A DNA stretch of 64,000 nt from Malacoraja senta (Eukaryota), in contig CM075996.1 in assembly GCA_038087875.1 (NCBI GenBank), forward strand, positions 8,124,001 to 8,188,000, in the 5' to 3' direction. Positions 63,930 to 64,000 of this stretch are shown here, in pieces (position 1 is the first letter of the stretch; the number at the start of each line of letters is the position of its first letter). A model generated the notes under the pieces. The model was not told where the DNA came from. It searched no databases and worked only from the letters and a program-made list of their open reading frames with translations. The translations under genes were made by a program, and so were the position numbers.

Positions 63930-64000
63930 CTACCGCTTCTGCAGCACGCTGCGGTCGTGCTTCCTGATGATGTCGAGCAGGCTGTCGCCGGCCACCAGGT
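63930..64000 (-). CDS. 3' end of an unidentified upstream protein-coding gene (...LVAGDSLLDIIRKHDRSVLQKR*), partial
   Basis: 22 consecutive sense codons all end in G or C, followed by TAG (63932-63930), in a GC-rich patch. The frame runs off the right edge. Product not recognised. Confidence 0.7.
   Translation of the reverse strand, partial: LVAGDSLLDIIRKHDRSVLQKR

Overview
Vertebrate genomic DNA, almost certainly elasmobranch (skate/ray-like). This is inferred from HE1-type V-SINEs, young CR1 LINEs and abundant Penelope-like fragments. The backbone is the minus-strand splicing-factor gene LUC7L2: a CpG-island promoter at ~52.8-53.5 kb and coding exons 1-6 at 53262-53202, 30155-30061, 22026-21928, 19623-19513, 8715-8572 and 2610-2434, all GT-AG and in frame. 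The RS-rich 3' exons lie left of the window. The last 71 bp encode the C-terminus of an unidentified upstream minus-strand gene. Introns hold many mobile elements: a terminally intact DIRS1-type tyrosine-recombinase retrotransposon (10876-17097, with a nested CR1), a TSD-flanked inverted Penelope element, a tandem pair of non-autonomous Helitrons, a full-length IR/DR Tc1 element, and CR1, Rex1, L2 and HE1 copies. Most interesting signals: (1) frame-disrupting candidate poison exons in transposon-free islands of LUC7L2 intron 1, notably a 71-nt exon at 39366-39436; (2) a ~95-130 nt Penelope-tail unit with a hammerhead-ribozyme-like motif that recurs throughout the window and in one case has its own TSD; (3) the complete DIRS circle-junction architecture, with possible splice-based expression of its recombinase. 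All calls were made by eye and no database search was run.
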